From Adineta vaga (lineage: Eukaryota; Animalia; Rotifera), in NCBI GenBank assembly GCA_021613535.1, contig CP075493.1, positions 868,001 through 932,000 on the forward strand: DNA of 64,000 nucleotides, given 5' to 3'. The position numbers and the translations under genes are program-made. This document shows, in pieces, positions 12,834 to 24,883 of the stretch. The notes under the pieces were generated by a model. The model was not told where the DNA came from. It worked only from the letters and a program-made list of their open reading frames with translations, and searched no databases. The number at the start of each line of letters is the position of its first letter. The first letter of the stretch is position 1.

Positions 12834-15800
12834 TTAAAATTCAGTAGTAGATGCTTTAATAGGTACTCCTTGCCAATGTGTTTCCGGAGGTATACATTCA
12901 CCTTGCATTACCAGACTAAAAGGTCCAATGTTTGCACCGTGACCTATACGTGTATTCAGAAGAATAATTGATCCACCACTGATCATTACTTCATTTTCTA
13001 TGAAAATATCACCAAGCTTCATCACCCGATCTTCAAAAAGATGCGTTTGAATACCAACATCTGTATCCATCACAACGTAATCACCAATATGAACTAAATC
13101 AAATTCCGTTATGTCAGCCGTATCCAAATAACATCCTCGACCAATATGAACACCAAAACATCGTAATATAGGAGCTAAAAAAACAGTACCATGCAAAAAA
13201 TCAAGAATTACATTACAAACTAAATTTTCATAAATCACTGTAACGAATTCTGATATCCACACAAACGGACTCCATAATGGATCTTGTCGAATACGATATT
13301 TACCGATCAGTAACCATTTGAGGGCAAGACAAAGTAAAAGTGAAGGTATCGCAAATATTACGATATAGTTTAATGGTAGTGCAAGAAGGTATAGATCCAT
13401 GTAATTATACTCTTTGCTCCAAATGAATAGTTCAACTGCAATACCAATTTCAAAGACAAATACAATTCGTGGCACAGCTATTCGTAACGTTTCAATTATA
13501 GTTCGTCCGAGAATTAGATAAATACTTGGACGATAAGTCATTTGGTCCGAAATATCCGCTCCCGTATTGTATCGATTGGTGAGAATGATAGGAGGTGATC
13601 CAACACACGATTCACCTTCTTTCAGTTGATCGGCAACTGTTGACATACATCCAATCAAACATTGATTCGGTATTTGAATTCCACTGTCTATGCATGCTGC
13701 ATTACCAATGAAGACGCGTTGACCAATAATCGTTTTCTGTATATGAATCTGACCACGAAATATATATGGATTCGCCAGTGTAACTGTATCAGCTACAAAA
13801 CTTTCGTCACCTATCTCGACTAACGAATGAATCATTCCAGATGCATACGATACTTCACAACGTTGACCAATTTTCATGCCAAATGCTCGAAGTAATGGTC
13901 TAGCATATATTGTGGCAAATACTGTATAAATATTTTCTAAAGCTACATCAAACAATTGATCGAATGTCCATTTCCGAATGAAAGTCAATGAATTTGTACT
14001 GTATACACCTTCTTTAATTGAACCAATGAAAATAAAGCGTATGACAATAATTTCTATGATGATTAAACATGTATACAGAATTCCGACAACTGGAGAAAAA
14101 CAGAGCACTTGCAACCAAGGTGACATGGATGATAATCGAACATAGTCAAAGAGAAGAAGACCTGGAAGCATTGGAAGGAAATTCATCAACGGTAAAAAGA
14201 AGGAAATTAATAGCAGAAATATGAATGAAACAAAAATAGATTTCAATTTCTCCTGATTTGATTCCATAATTATCTCTTCTGGGATTGTTTGATAACAGTA
14301 TTTTGCTGGCGAACCTTGCCAGGCTTCATTGGATGGAATACACATACCAGAAGGAAGAAATGACATCGAACACAATTTAGAATGATCTTTCATACTACTT
14401 CCACCATTTAGAACACATTGAGTACCAACATGAACATCATATCCAATACAAACTCGTCGAAATTTAAGTGTATAATCTGCGATGAAAGCTGTTCGAATAT
14501 CAACATCTGATGAAAGCGTTGATCCATCACCTACACTTAATAGATCTGCAGCTGAACAATCAATATCACCAATATGAACATTACGACCAATCTTAGCGCC
14601 AAGTAATCGATAGCAAATTGACATCCATGGTGTATCTGAGAAGTTGTCGAATGATGATAAGGCAAGAAATTGGTTCACAGTCCACCAGCGTACATACATC
14701 GAACTCCAAAGAAGGAAATCTCCTTCTCGATATCGACCAATTACAATCCACTTGACAAGTGTTGCCAAAAGATTCAATAGCACAGGCATGATGATATATG
14801 TTGCATAGGCAGCAAAAAATGCATATATGAGACCGTACTCGTGCAAAGCAATGTCAAACATGATAAAAGGTAATAGTAGATCAAGTGCTGAAATACCAAA
14901 GATAATCAGAAGAACGAAAGCTTGAATCAGACTACACAGAGTAAGTCGTAGTATCGATGGTTTATAAAATGCAGTAGCGGAGATAAATATTTTATTGGCC
15001 TTAGGATTATTATGTTCTATTGATAGGCGTTCAGCAAGTGTCTTAGCTGTTTTACATTCGTATAAGTCTTGAATAGATAAATTCGGGAACGATTCACGTA
15101 ATTTACTAATTGTTTGTGCTGCGGTTAACGAGTGTCCACCGAGATCGCGGAAGAAATCGTCGTTTTCTGTTACTTCAGCATGCGGAAACGTACTTTGAAA
15201 AGCATAATGAACAATACCCATCGTGCTTGGATTGATGGCATTATTCAAAAATACTTGTTTTTCTGCAATAAACACAAAAGGTTTTAGTGTGATTCCTAGT
15301 TGAATGACAATGTTAAGAACACCTAAACTATTGCAGAAAAATAAGTCATCTAATTTTATGGAAATGGTACATATCATTTATTATTTTCTTGATGCCTTCT
15401 GGTCAGGAGCTTTCATCACATCACTTTCCTCATCATTTTTAAACATATGTAACGAGTGAACTTACTTGAATCGGTTATTGTTCCATTAATCCTTTTCTCG
15501 CTATGATCTCGTACTGATAAGACATGAAGTGCTTTACGGTCGATTTTTCCACTACTTAAAAGAGGCATTTTTTCGTCTACTTTAATCAATCGATCAGGCA
15601 CCATATAGCGTGGTATTCGTTTTGCAAGTCTTTCACGCATTTTTGATTCGCTCAATTCGCCAACAACATAAGCAATGATTTGTTCATTTTGAACAGTAAC
15701 AGCAGCTGATAGAACGTTGCCTTTTAAATTAAGTAATTCTTCTTCGATTTCACTAAGTTCGATACGAAAACCCCGTACTTTCACCTGAGTATCAATGCGT

Positions 15801-17430
15801 TGATGATAATAAATTTGACCGTTCTCAAAGGTGACTTGATCGCCTGTACGATAACCGTATTCAGTAAATTTTTCTTTCGTCAATTCATCGGAACCGACAT
15901 AACCACGAGCAACGCCTGGTCCACGAATACATAATTCACCGGTATTTGCTGATGTTGGTTGTCCACTTATTTCGTCAAGAAGACAACATACGTAATTTGG
16001 TAATGGCACACCTATACTAATCGATTGATCCGGATGTACAAGAGATAGAGTAGCGGCAACAGTTGTTTCGGTCGGCCCATAGGAATTATAAATCAGACGA
16101 TCTTCTTTCCACCAACGATCTATCAGCGTCTATTAAATTATCATTTATTAAATTTTATTCCCTTTTCATCTTTCCTTTGCCTATACCTACTCATAGCTTT
16201 TTGACGATTTCTAGATTTCAAACTCAATATCTCCCGACGGAAGTCAGATTTTCTCTCTTCATAATGCTTTTCAATGTCATCTCAAATTTAAGATGAACCG
16301 AGGAATATATTCTAAGATAGAAAATACAACGAGAGGGAAGAAATATAAAGGGGTAGAGGAAAAGAAGATCATGTATCATTCAAAATGATGTTCGTTGTTT
16401 CTCTTGACACAATAAGTTGGGGTTTTGTATTAGAGCGACACAAGATATGATATGTAAGAAAAAAAGAGTTTCTGTTGCATTATTCTCATGAAATTCTCAA
16501 CTGAATTCAAAGGCATCAAAAATTCAATTTATCCAACTTTTTTCTTTAGATTACATACTGATATTTGAAGAGATTCAAGTATTTTTTTACCTTGGGTAAA
16601 GCTTCGCCGCCAACATTAAGTAGACGAAGTTTGAGAGCTGGATCATTATGCAGGAGAAGTAATAGAGTCGGTACCGAGAAGATAACTGTAACCGAATGAT
16701 GTATAAGAAAGAGATGAAGACGATCAGTATTTAAAACATCGGATTTCGAACCAATAACCATAGTTGCACCTACCAGATAAGTCAGGAACGTTTCTTCAAG
16801 AAATAAATCAAACGCTGCTGAAGAACCTTGATAAATAATGTCATCGTGTTTAATGTGTAAAATTTCATTGTCAGCACGTACAAAATGACAAATATTTTTA
16901 TGAGTAATAGCAATTGCTTTCGGCTTTCCCGTTGAACCAGACGTGCAAATAATATAAGCGATCGATTGATTATCTATTTCGCCTTTTAAATCAATATCAA
17001 CCGTTGATTCATTTTGAGGCAGTGTTTGAATATTGACTGCTACGGGATGATTGCAGCGAGCTTGAGAATCGACTAAAAGAAGATCTGCTTTAAGATCAGC
17101 TAATACTTCATTGACACGTTCTTCTGGAGTATCAGCATCAAAAGGTACATAAGTAGCACCAGTCATCAAAACAGCAAGAATTGATGTATGTAATAGAGCT
17201 GATCGCGTTAACCAAAGTCCCACAATGCAACCTGAACCAACCTTTCGGCTGTCACGTAAAGCATGGGCGATATTTAGAGCACGTTGATGTAATTGACCAT
17301 AAGTTATTTCTTCGTCCAACCAGCGAAGAGCAATTTTATTTGGACAACGTCTCGCAGAAATAAGAAAAATATCATGAAGATATTCGTCTTGAAGCAGATC
17401 GGGACGTTCGGCACCTAATAGCAATGTCAT
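12834..17430 (-). CDS. Single-module membrane NRPS of the epsilon-poly-L-lysine synthetase (Pls/PosA, TIGR02353-type) family; 3 exons, 1310 aa
   Basis: Exons 17430-16591, 16129-15466 and 15262-12834 join in frame through GT-AG introns (phase 0 and phase 1), giving 3933 nt. A-domain motifs YIICTSGSTGKPK, FDLFLEE, NSYGPTE, GELCIRGPGVARGY, YRTGD, QVKVRGFRIEL and SGKIDRKAL. PCP FFRDLGGHSL. Three TM-pair + hexapeptide-repeat-like domains (LGAKIG, FGMKIG, FGVHIG) ending in QTHLFEDR..WQGVP. Confidence 0.93.
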
Positions 17431-17593
17431 ATCTAAAACCAGATATCATAATGCATTACTATTGATTGTATTTGAATCAATTATTATCAACAAGAAATTC
17501 TATATCTGATCAATTCCTCACACGCAATAAGAGACCCGTTTTTTTTATAATGTCTTACCATAGAAAGTTTCTCGAGAAATCTTCTGATGTGCC

Positions 17594-17641
17594 GAGTGTG
17601 GGTGTCGGGTGAGAACTAGCTAATCACTCACACCCACCCTC
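17594..17641. repeat. Inverted telomere-like hairpin element
   Basis: GAGTGTGGGTGTCGGGTGAG, a short spacer, then TCACTCACACCCACCCTC. Confidence 0.6.
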
Positions 17642-18930
17642 AAAAATGAGCAAAAAGACAACCCTTACTTTTATGATCACTTTTTGTCATCAAAGTACGC
17701 CATCTAATTTCACCTTCATAACAAAATATTCATTCAAATAACTCTATACTTTGATAGGATACGAAGGTGATTGCAATCCAACTTCGTGGGACGATCACAT
17801 GGCGCAATAGATATCATTCATAGAAAAAGTTAAAAGTGTAAACAAAACGCCATCGCGTTACGCTTGTACATACAGAATAATATTCGTGATAGAAGGTAAA
17901 AAGCCGAGAGAACGAAAAAAGAACACAAATGATGTTACTGCTGCAGCATGTACTTATTTTCTACGATCCCAATAACAAACTGGAAGGATATCGTTGCTGA
18001 CACAATTCTACCATAACGACAAAATTAAGAATATACTTGAGTTTTTCAATCTAAAGTATAGAGTTTATAGTTAGAAGAAATTTTCTCAGATATATACCAT
18101 TAGTACAAATATACTGATAATATACAGCGTCATTAATTATTATCATCATGAGAATGATGTAAATTCTACAAATAAATATAATGCTAATCGTTCAGTTGTA
18201 GTTGCGATTCAACAACCTGATCGAACTATACAACGAAACAGATCGGCTGCTGTTGCCGGATTATTATCACTCAAACACTTCAACACCACCGAGCGCATCA
18301 TACAATGCGCTTGCGGCGCAACTATAATCGCACAGTAACGCGCAGTGGCGAAAAATAACGGCGCAAGCATGCGTAATTGCGAAATTTTCACCGCGACTCC
18401 AACGCAATCGTTAAAAATAGGCAACGTGGGCAATGATTTGTATCTTCATATTAGATTTTTATTTATATTGTAAACTTTCATATCAGTGCTATCATATATA
18501 TATATATATCAAGATAAATAATCAAAAGCGATTGAAAATCCGTCAAGAACAATGTTTATTTTTTAATAAAAATTGATTTTATACTATTTGTCTACAAAAA
18601 ATACACCTGTACACTTCCATGAAAAATTCAGTTATGTTCGTAAAACAATGGTGAATTAACAAAACGAACGTGTTTTTCTAACAAAAATCATGCGGTCTAT
18701 CTTCTTTTCTTTTTTCACAACCCACAAAACAATGTAACAAATCAATTAAGATTTAACATGTTGTGAAACATTATATCGTTCTATTCTACTTTTTTTTCTC
18801 TTTATTTTCTATAAAACTCGCGTAATAAATTCATAGCAAAAGAAACTCGATATACTTGAAAATAATCGTAGATCATTTTCAATAGAAGAAATATTTGAGT
18901 TAAAAAACACGTATATTTCTAATATTACAA

Positions 18931-19881
18931 ATGCTCTCTGATACAGTACGATTTTGGTTGCTTCTCTGTGTTTTCATTCCGTCATTTTTCTGTTCAATTT
19001 TTGTTCTTTATCATCTTCTATCAAATCGTCGATTACGTCAAACTCTTCATAATCATATCCTTATTATTCTTCTTTTCATTTGTTTAATTGCTGAAGTAAC
19101 GATTTATCCTTGGATGCTTTATTTTCATAAAAATACAGTTAATTGGAAAAGATCATTTATGTTTTGTAATTTATGGGGTTTCTTAGATTGGTTTCTTTAT
19201 GTTACACATACAATGTTATTTGCATGGACAACTATTGAACGACATATTCTTATTTTTCATGAAAAATGGATATTTACAAGAAAACAACGGTTTTTCCTTC
19301 ATTATTTTCCTCTTGTTGCACTTCCTCTCTATTTATTTATCTTCTATTCTATTATGTATTTTTTCCCACCATGTCGAAATCATCTTCAACCATCAACTCT
19401 TCTTTGTATTTTCCCATGTCTATACGATCAATATATTTTATCAATGTGGGATTTCATAGTTGATCAATTAATTCCAATTTTAACTATTGTTGCATTTAGT
19501 ACTGGTTTACTCATACGTGTGTTAAAACAAAAACATCGTATGTGTCGTACAATAAATTGGCAAAAACATCGAAAGATGACAATTCAATTGTTATCAATTT
19601 CATTCTTATATCTTATAATTCTCTTACCATATACCATAGTTTATATTGTTCGTTTATGTGGTTTTAAAGGTTCATTGAGTACTGAATTTTCTACATATAC
19701 AGTTTTCTTAAGTTATTTTATTCTTCTTCTTTTCCCATTTGTTTCCTTTTTATCATTACCTGAATTACAAACTAAAATGAAGAATATTTTTCAATTAACA
19801 CAACAACAACCACAACCCACACGAATGAATCCGATAATGTTTACTGTTATAACTCCTGACAATGATCATACACAAAATTAA
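18931..19881 (+). CDS. Orphan rhodopsin-like GPCR, older paralog of the tandem trio
   Basis: 316-aa 7TM ORF sharing LHNHI, WGFLDW, ERHILIFH, WxKHRKM and SLPELQ with copies 1-3. Confidence 0.88.
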   Translation: MLSDTVRFWLLLCVFIPSFFCSIFVLYHLLSNRRLRQTLHNHILIILLFICLIAEVTIYPWMLYFHKNTVNWKRSFMFCNLWGFLDWFLYVTHTMLFAWTTIERHILIFHEKWIFTRKQRFFLHYFPLVALPLYLFIFYSIMYFFPPCRNHLQPSTLLCIFPCLYDQYILSMWDFIVDQLIPILTIVAFSTGLLIRVLKQKHRMCRTINWQKHRKMTIQLLSISFLYLIILLPYTIVYIVRLCGFKGSLSTEFSTYTVFLSYFILLLFPFVSFLSLPELQTKMKNIFQLTQQQPQPTRMNPIMFTVITPDNDHTQN

Positions 19882-20197
19882 TTAATATTACCCTTGTTCT
19901 GAAATATTGTAAAACAAATATTTTCTTTCAATAATAATAATAATAATAATAAACACTTTCTCTAAAGACGAGACAACTATAATTCTAGAAATGTCATGAT
20001 ATATTCTGCGATATAGACATGACTTTGTAATAACAAAATATAACACGCATTGACAATGAAATCGTTAAAAAATAGTAGAACAATTATTGAATAAGATAAC
20101 TAAATGAATCTAGATAAGATTATCTGAGCATAAATTATTCCAAGTGAAAAAATACTATTTAATATAAAATATTTCACTTATTATATCATAAGAAAAC

Positions 20198-21187
20198 ATG
20201 ACATCCACTAATGGAATGATATTGAGCGACTATTTACAAATAATTGAAAAGTATATTTATGCTACTTTGGGCATTGCTTTACAGTGTATGGGAACTGTAA
20301 CTGGCATTTTAGGTATGATCATATTTTCTCGAAAACTAATGCGACAAAATCCAGGTTCTATTTATCTTCTTGCATATTATATAGTGAATATATTTACATT
20401 ATATATTGGATTATTTTTATTTATATTAGCACGATTTCATATTGATCCTTCATTGTATAATGTTCTTTATTGCAAAATTATTTTTTTTCTCCGAACAATG
20501 GCTCATATCTGTTCTCCCTACTATCTTGTCTTAGCTTCAATTGATCGAGCTTTAATCACATCATCAACAGTATCGATACGACAACGTAATTCACATCGTT
20601 TAGCTTATTGGTCTCTTTTTGGGGTGACCTTCTTTTTCATACTCTATTACTGTCATCTGATCATAATTGTCAGTATTTATTATATATATCAAAACTATCC
20701 TCTATGTTATTATACTCCAGGTGTTTATCGTATTTTTAGTGGTATTAATAGTCTTGTAATCAGAGGATTTCTTCCTTCATTTCTTTTAATTCTATTTGGT
20801 ACAATAACATTAAAAAATGTTCGTAGACGACGTATTCAACCAGTTAATGTCGCACCAAATATGAATAATATTCCTCGTTCTAAAGATCGTCAATTACTTA
20901 TTATACTTCTCGTTGAAATTCTCGGATATGTTTCTTTGGCAATTATAACAAATATATTTGGTCTATATCGACAATCGACACAATATCAATTGAAGTCTGC
21001 TCATTTACAAGCGATCGAATACTTTTTATTTAATATTCTCTATTTACTCTCGCTTGTACCAATAAGTCTCAATTTCTATATATATATATATATGATCATA
21101 TCAAAATCTTTTCGTCAAAAGACATTTGAAGTACTATTTCAAGTTTTCGAACATCGTCCAGCTCGTGCGATCATCATCCGCAATTAA
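20198..21187 (+). CDS. Orphan rhodopsin-like GPCR (second subfamily)
   Basis: 329-aa 7TM ORF with LYCK, LASIDR, DRQL and FYIY..SKSFR motifs. Confidence 0.85.
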   Translation: MTSTNGMILSDYLQIIEKYIYATLGIALQCMGTVTGILGMIIFSRKLMRQNPGSIYLLAYYIVNIFTLYIGLFLFILARFHIDPSLYNVLYCKIIFFLRTMAHICSPYYLVLASIDRALITSSTVSIRQRNSHRLAYWSLFGVTFFFILYYCHLIIIVSIYYIYQNYPLCYYTPGVYRIFSGINSLVIRGFLPSFLLILFGTITLKNVRRRRIQPVNVAPNMNNIPRSKDRQLLIILLVEILGYVSLAIITNIFGLYRQSTQYQLKSAHLQAIEYFLFNILYLLSLVPISLNFYIYIYMIISKSFRQKTFEVLFQVFEHRPARAIIIRN

Positions 21188-21707
21188 CAACAACTATCAG
21201 CATCAAGATAACTAACTACTATTATCAACAGAGAGACACATTGCGTATATGAAGTAGCATCTGGACCAATGGATCATTTTTTTTTGTACTGTTGTTATCT
21301 TATATACTGAAAGAGAAAGCAACGTATATTTACATTTTCTCTATATACGTAGTTTGATAAACACAGCGGTTTTTTCTCCTTTTTCACAATATTCATAAAA
21401 CAAGAGTAGAACGTATACATTCAATTTTTCATCAACGCTATGTTAAGTGAACCAAAGAAATTTGATGCAAGGCGATGTAAATTATTTTTGAAATTATCTA
21501 AAATATGTCACACATAAGCATTTATGTTTATACACGTGTATTCACAGTCCTTTGTTGTTAACTTGTTTATTTGCTTAACGAACTATGATAAACAATGTGA
21601 AAGAAGATATAGTTGAAAGTTTCTTGTTCGTGGTGCTTTTAAAATAAATATATAACCTTGCAAGAAACGCTAATTAATTCATTTCCGTTTCTTACGTGAC
21701 TGTGTAA

Positions 21708-22921
21708 ATGGATGTGAAACAAAGACTACTTTCTGAAGAATATGAATATATAGATGAAACTTCAATTGATCCTGAGTTGATATGTAGTATTTGTCATTTA
21801 CCTTTCCAAGATCCACGACATACTCCATCTGATGAAATATTCTGTCGTGCGTGTATTATAAAATGGATTCAAACACAAAATAAATCTTGTCCAATTTGTC
21901 GAAGTCCTTTATCCATTGATGTTCTTACACAGATAAACCGTCCATTACGCAACATGTTAGATCGACTTCGAGTTAAATGTCTCGCTTGTGGTCAAACAGG
22001 AGTACAGAGGTCTAGTTTTGAAGATCACAAAAATAAAGTATGGCCCAAAATTCACGTGCTTTGCTCATCAGTAGATGTTCAATGTCCATGGAAAGGACAA
22101 CGAGATCAGTTAGATCAACATTCATCTACATGTATGTTCAGTTCTTTGAGACATGTGATTAGTCCACTTATTATGGAGAATCAACAGCTCAAAGAACAGA
22201 TCGCACAAATGAATGATGAAATTAATCGACTTCATAATGACAACAATCAACAAATAGCACAACTCAAAACTCAACTTCACAGTCAACAAGGTGAGAAATA
22301 AAATTTCTAATGAATTTTTATGATTAATTGTTTTCTAATATTGTCAGCTAATGCGAGCAGTAATTCGCTCAGAGATATTCCAACGATTAGTAATGACATT
22401 AGAGCTTTGAAAGGCACATGGGATTATGTAAGTATAAACCGTACGGTCTTTCCAGAGAAGATCGTACATTTCATGTTTTTTCATTGTATTATAGATTGAT
22501 GGTGAAAATTGTGATTCATTCTTGAAAGAAATTGGTGTTGGTATGGCAGTACGTATGTTGTCAAAAGGTCTCAAACCGCGTCTTTATATCGATGAAATCA
22601 GAAACAAATGGATTGTACGTGAACTAAAAGTAAAAATGTTTCTTTTCATCTTTGAACATTCCAATCAACTTTACTTTGCAGTCAATTATCAATTTCAAAG
22701 AAAATAAATGGATACATACAATGATTGACAAGAATGGAAAATTAGCTTCATTCGTTCGTTATTTCGATCAAATAAAAGATTATATAAAACAAATATTGAA
22801 CAAATTAATGAAGGTACGAAAACAATTAGAATTGTCCAAAATTCAATTGTCTGTTAACATTCTTTCTTTTTCAAAGGAAAAACTAATGATGAGGATGCAG
22901 AGTATATATATATTTATATGA
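21708..22921 (+). CDS. Degenerate RING + TRAF-type zinc finger + coiled coil, spliced to a fatty-acid-binding-protein (FABP)-like domain
   Basis: Exons 21708-22290, 22348-22427, 22495-22629, 22682-22813 and a probable last exon ending at 22921, all GT-AG and in frame. N-terminus CSIC..FCRAC..CPIC. Spliced part reads LKGTWDY|IDGENCDSFLKEIGVGMAVRMLSKGLKPRL (FABP N-terminal signature). Confidence 0.7.
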
Positions 22922-23158
22922 AAGTAGAAAGTACTGTTTTTTCTTCTTTTTAGTACGTACTATCGGTTCACTGATGATAAAGATAAAGATTCTAATGAGT
23001 AGATGTAGTCTTCTTTTATCATGTTCAAAATGGAAAGAACAACAAAAACTATTTATTTAACGGTAGATTTATTTTTCTCTTTCATTATTTTAATGGAAAT
23101 AGTTTATGCAATTTCGAATAATTAAATAATTAGGAAGTAAAATATTCATTGTACTATA

Positions 23159-23267
23159 GGTGCACAAGAAATTAAAGGAATGAAAGGAGCTAAGGGAGTT
23201 AAAGGGCTAAAAAACGTGGTTAAATAGCGTAAAAGTACACCAGGATAACTTCATTTTCTTGTGGACC
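23159..23267. mobile_element. Possible tiny degenerate MITE
   Basis: GGTGCACAAGAAATTAAAG at 23159 matches the reverse complement of the right end (GGTCCACAAGAAAATGAAG) at 16 of 19 bases. No clear target-site duplication. Confidence 0.35.
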
Positions 23268-23647
23268 CCTCTCTAAATCTATACGTTGATTTACCAAACA
23301 AAAAAAATTGAACAACATCTTCACACAGTGATGTATTGATACTTGAATATAGTCGGAGTTGTTAATGGAATACGAAAATGTTTATTTGTGTTAAAGTTCC
23401 CTACGATAGATGAATCAATATGGGTTATAAACAAAGCATCAATTCATTTGATAAAACGATTTATATTCTACTGTAGTATGTAAATACATTACATTTGCCC
23501 TTTTTCTAATTCTGTTGCCGTGAATGTAATTATTTTGTTATTCTCTCTTTGATTTACGTCCACGTGGCTCGTATTTTTTCAACAAATATTATGTCTCTCT
23601 GTAGAAATTTTCTTTATTTTACTATTTAGATTTTATTTCTTCTAAGT

Positions 23648-24586
23648 ATGATACTCGAAAAAATTCTCTTTCCAGCACCAAGCCCTTCACATTACACATT
23701 AGCTTCGCACAAAGAACATCTTCTTTGGCTTCCATCTGATAAATATTCAACTGAAACACCAGCAATCCCATGTATGCTATATTCACCAACACGAGAAGCT
23801 CGAGCATTTATTATATGGTGTCATGGTAATGGTTGTGATATTGGAAGTATGGATAGGACATTTACAGCACTTAGTTGTCGACTTCAAGCTCATGTACTTG
23901 CCTTTGAATATCCTTCTTATGGTTTATTGAAGGGAATAACATCAACACCAAGTGCAACATCAATTAATAATCATGCTCAATGTGCTTATTCATTTGTTCG
24001 TGACACACTAAAATGGCCAACAAATCGAATAGTTATCTATGGACATTCAATAGGTAGTGGTGCTGCATGTTATCTTAGTGCAACTCAACCAATTGGTGGA
24101 CTCATACTCCAATCTCCTTTTACATCAATTAGCAATTTAATTCGAGAAAAAGTTGGCTTTTTGTCAAATGTAATTAGTAGCTCGTTTTGGAATAATTATC
24201 AAGCAATGCAAGATATTTCATGCCCAATACTTTTCATACACGGACAACGTGACAATTTAATACCATCACAACATTCTGAAACGTTGTATGATTCATTCAA
24301 AGATAAAGATAACAAGACAATTGTGTTGTTACCAAATGATGATCATAATTCGATCTCTGATTCAATTCTTCTCATGAATGTGGAACCATTTATCGATAAG
24401 TATTTTGAACCGACAACAAAACCAATGCCTGAAATTCGAATTGATCCAATTTTACGTGAACCACCATCTATGAAATCCAATTTAGACTCCGTTCCGTGGT
24501 GGTCTTCAGTGCTAACCAGTGCAACTAATGCGTCGACATCAATATTCAGCTCGCTTAGTGGAAAATCTAGTGACAATGAAAAATAA
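23648..24586 (+). CDS. ABHD17-like alpha/beta hydrolase (depalmitoylase family)
   Basis: LFPAP N-terminus, HGNGCDIG, EYPSYG, nucleophile GHSIG, HGQRD (Asp) and DDHN (His). Confidence 0.88.
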   Translation: MILEKILFPAPSPSHYTLASHKEHLLWLPSDKYSTETPAIPCMLYSPTREARAFIIWCHGNGCDIGSMDRTFTALSCRLQAHVLAFEYPSYGLLKGITSTPSATSINNHAQCAYSFVRDTLKWPTNRIVIYGHSIGSGAACYLSATQPIGGLILQSPFTSISNLIREKVGFLSNVISSSFWNNYQAMQDISCPILFIHGQRDNLIPSQHSETLYDSFKDKDNKTIVLLPNDDHNSISDSILLMNVEPFIDKYFEPTTKPMPEIRIDPILREPPSMKSNLDSVPWWSSVLTSATNASTSIFSSLSGKSSDNEK

Positions 24587-24883
24587 ATTTCCAACTTTCT
24601 AAATTATTATTTACTCGAGATTCTTTTTAAAATATATATTCATTTTAAACACGTGCATCTTCTTTTTTTATTCTGAATAAAAAATTCTTTGTGAGGGTGT
24701 GAATATCCATCTGTTCTCAACCTAAATCTTCATCCTACCAGTGCTTGAATGAAAGTGGTTCGACTTCGTTTTGCAAATTCAATTTAAAATGTAAAAGGCT
24801 TAAGATTCACATCATAGATTTTTTTTCTTTGTTGTCATACATATATATGATGAGTGTATATTTAACACAATATTTACGACTGA

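Noticed and set aside
12834-17430. Bacterial contamination or three separate NRPS genes
   Set aside because: The pieces join in frame through canonical introns, base composition looks like the neighbours', and flanking genes are animal-type.
23648-24586. Hydrolase as a thioesterase partner of the NRPS (gene cluster)
   Set aside because: It is ABHD17-like, 6 kb away behind unrelated genes, and Pls-type enzymes need no TE.
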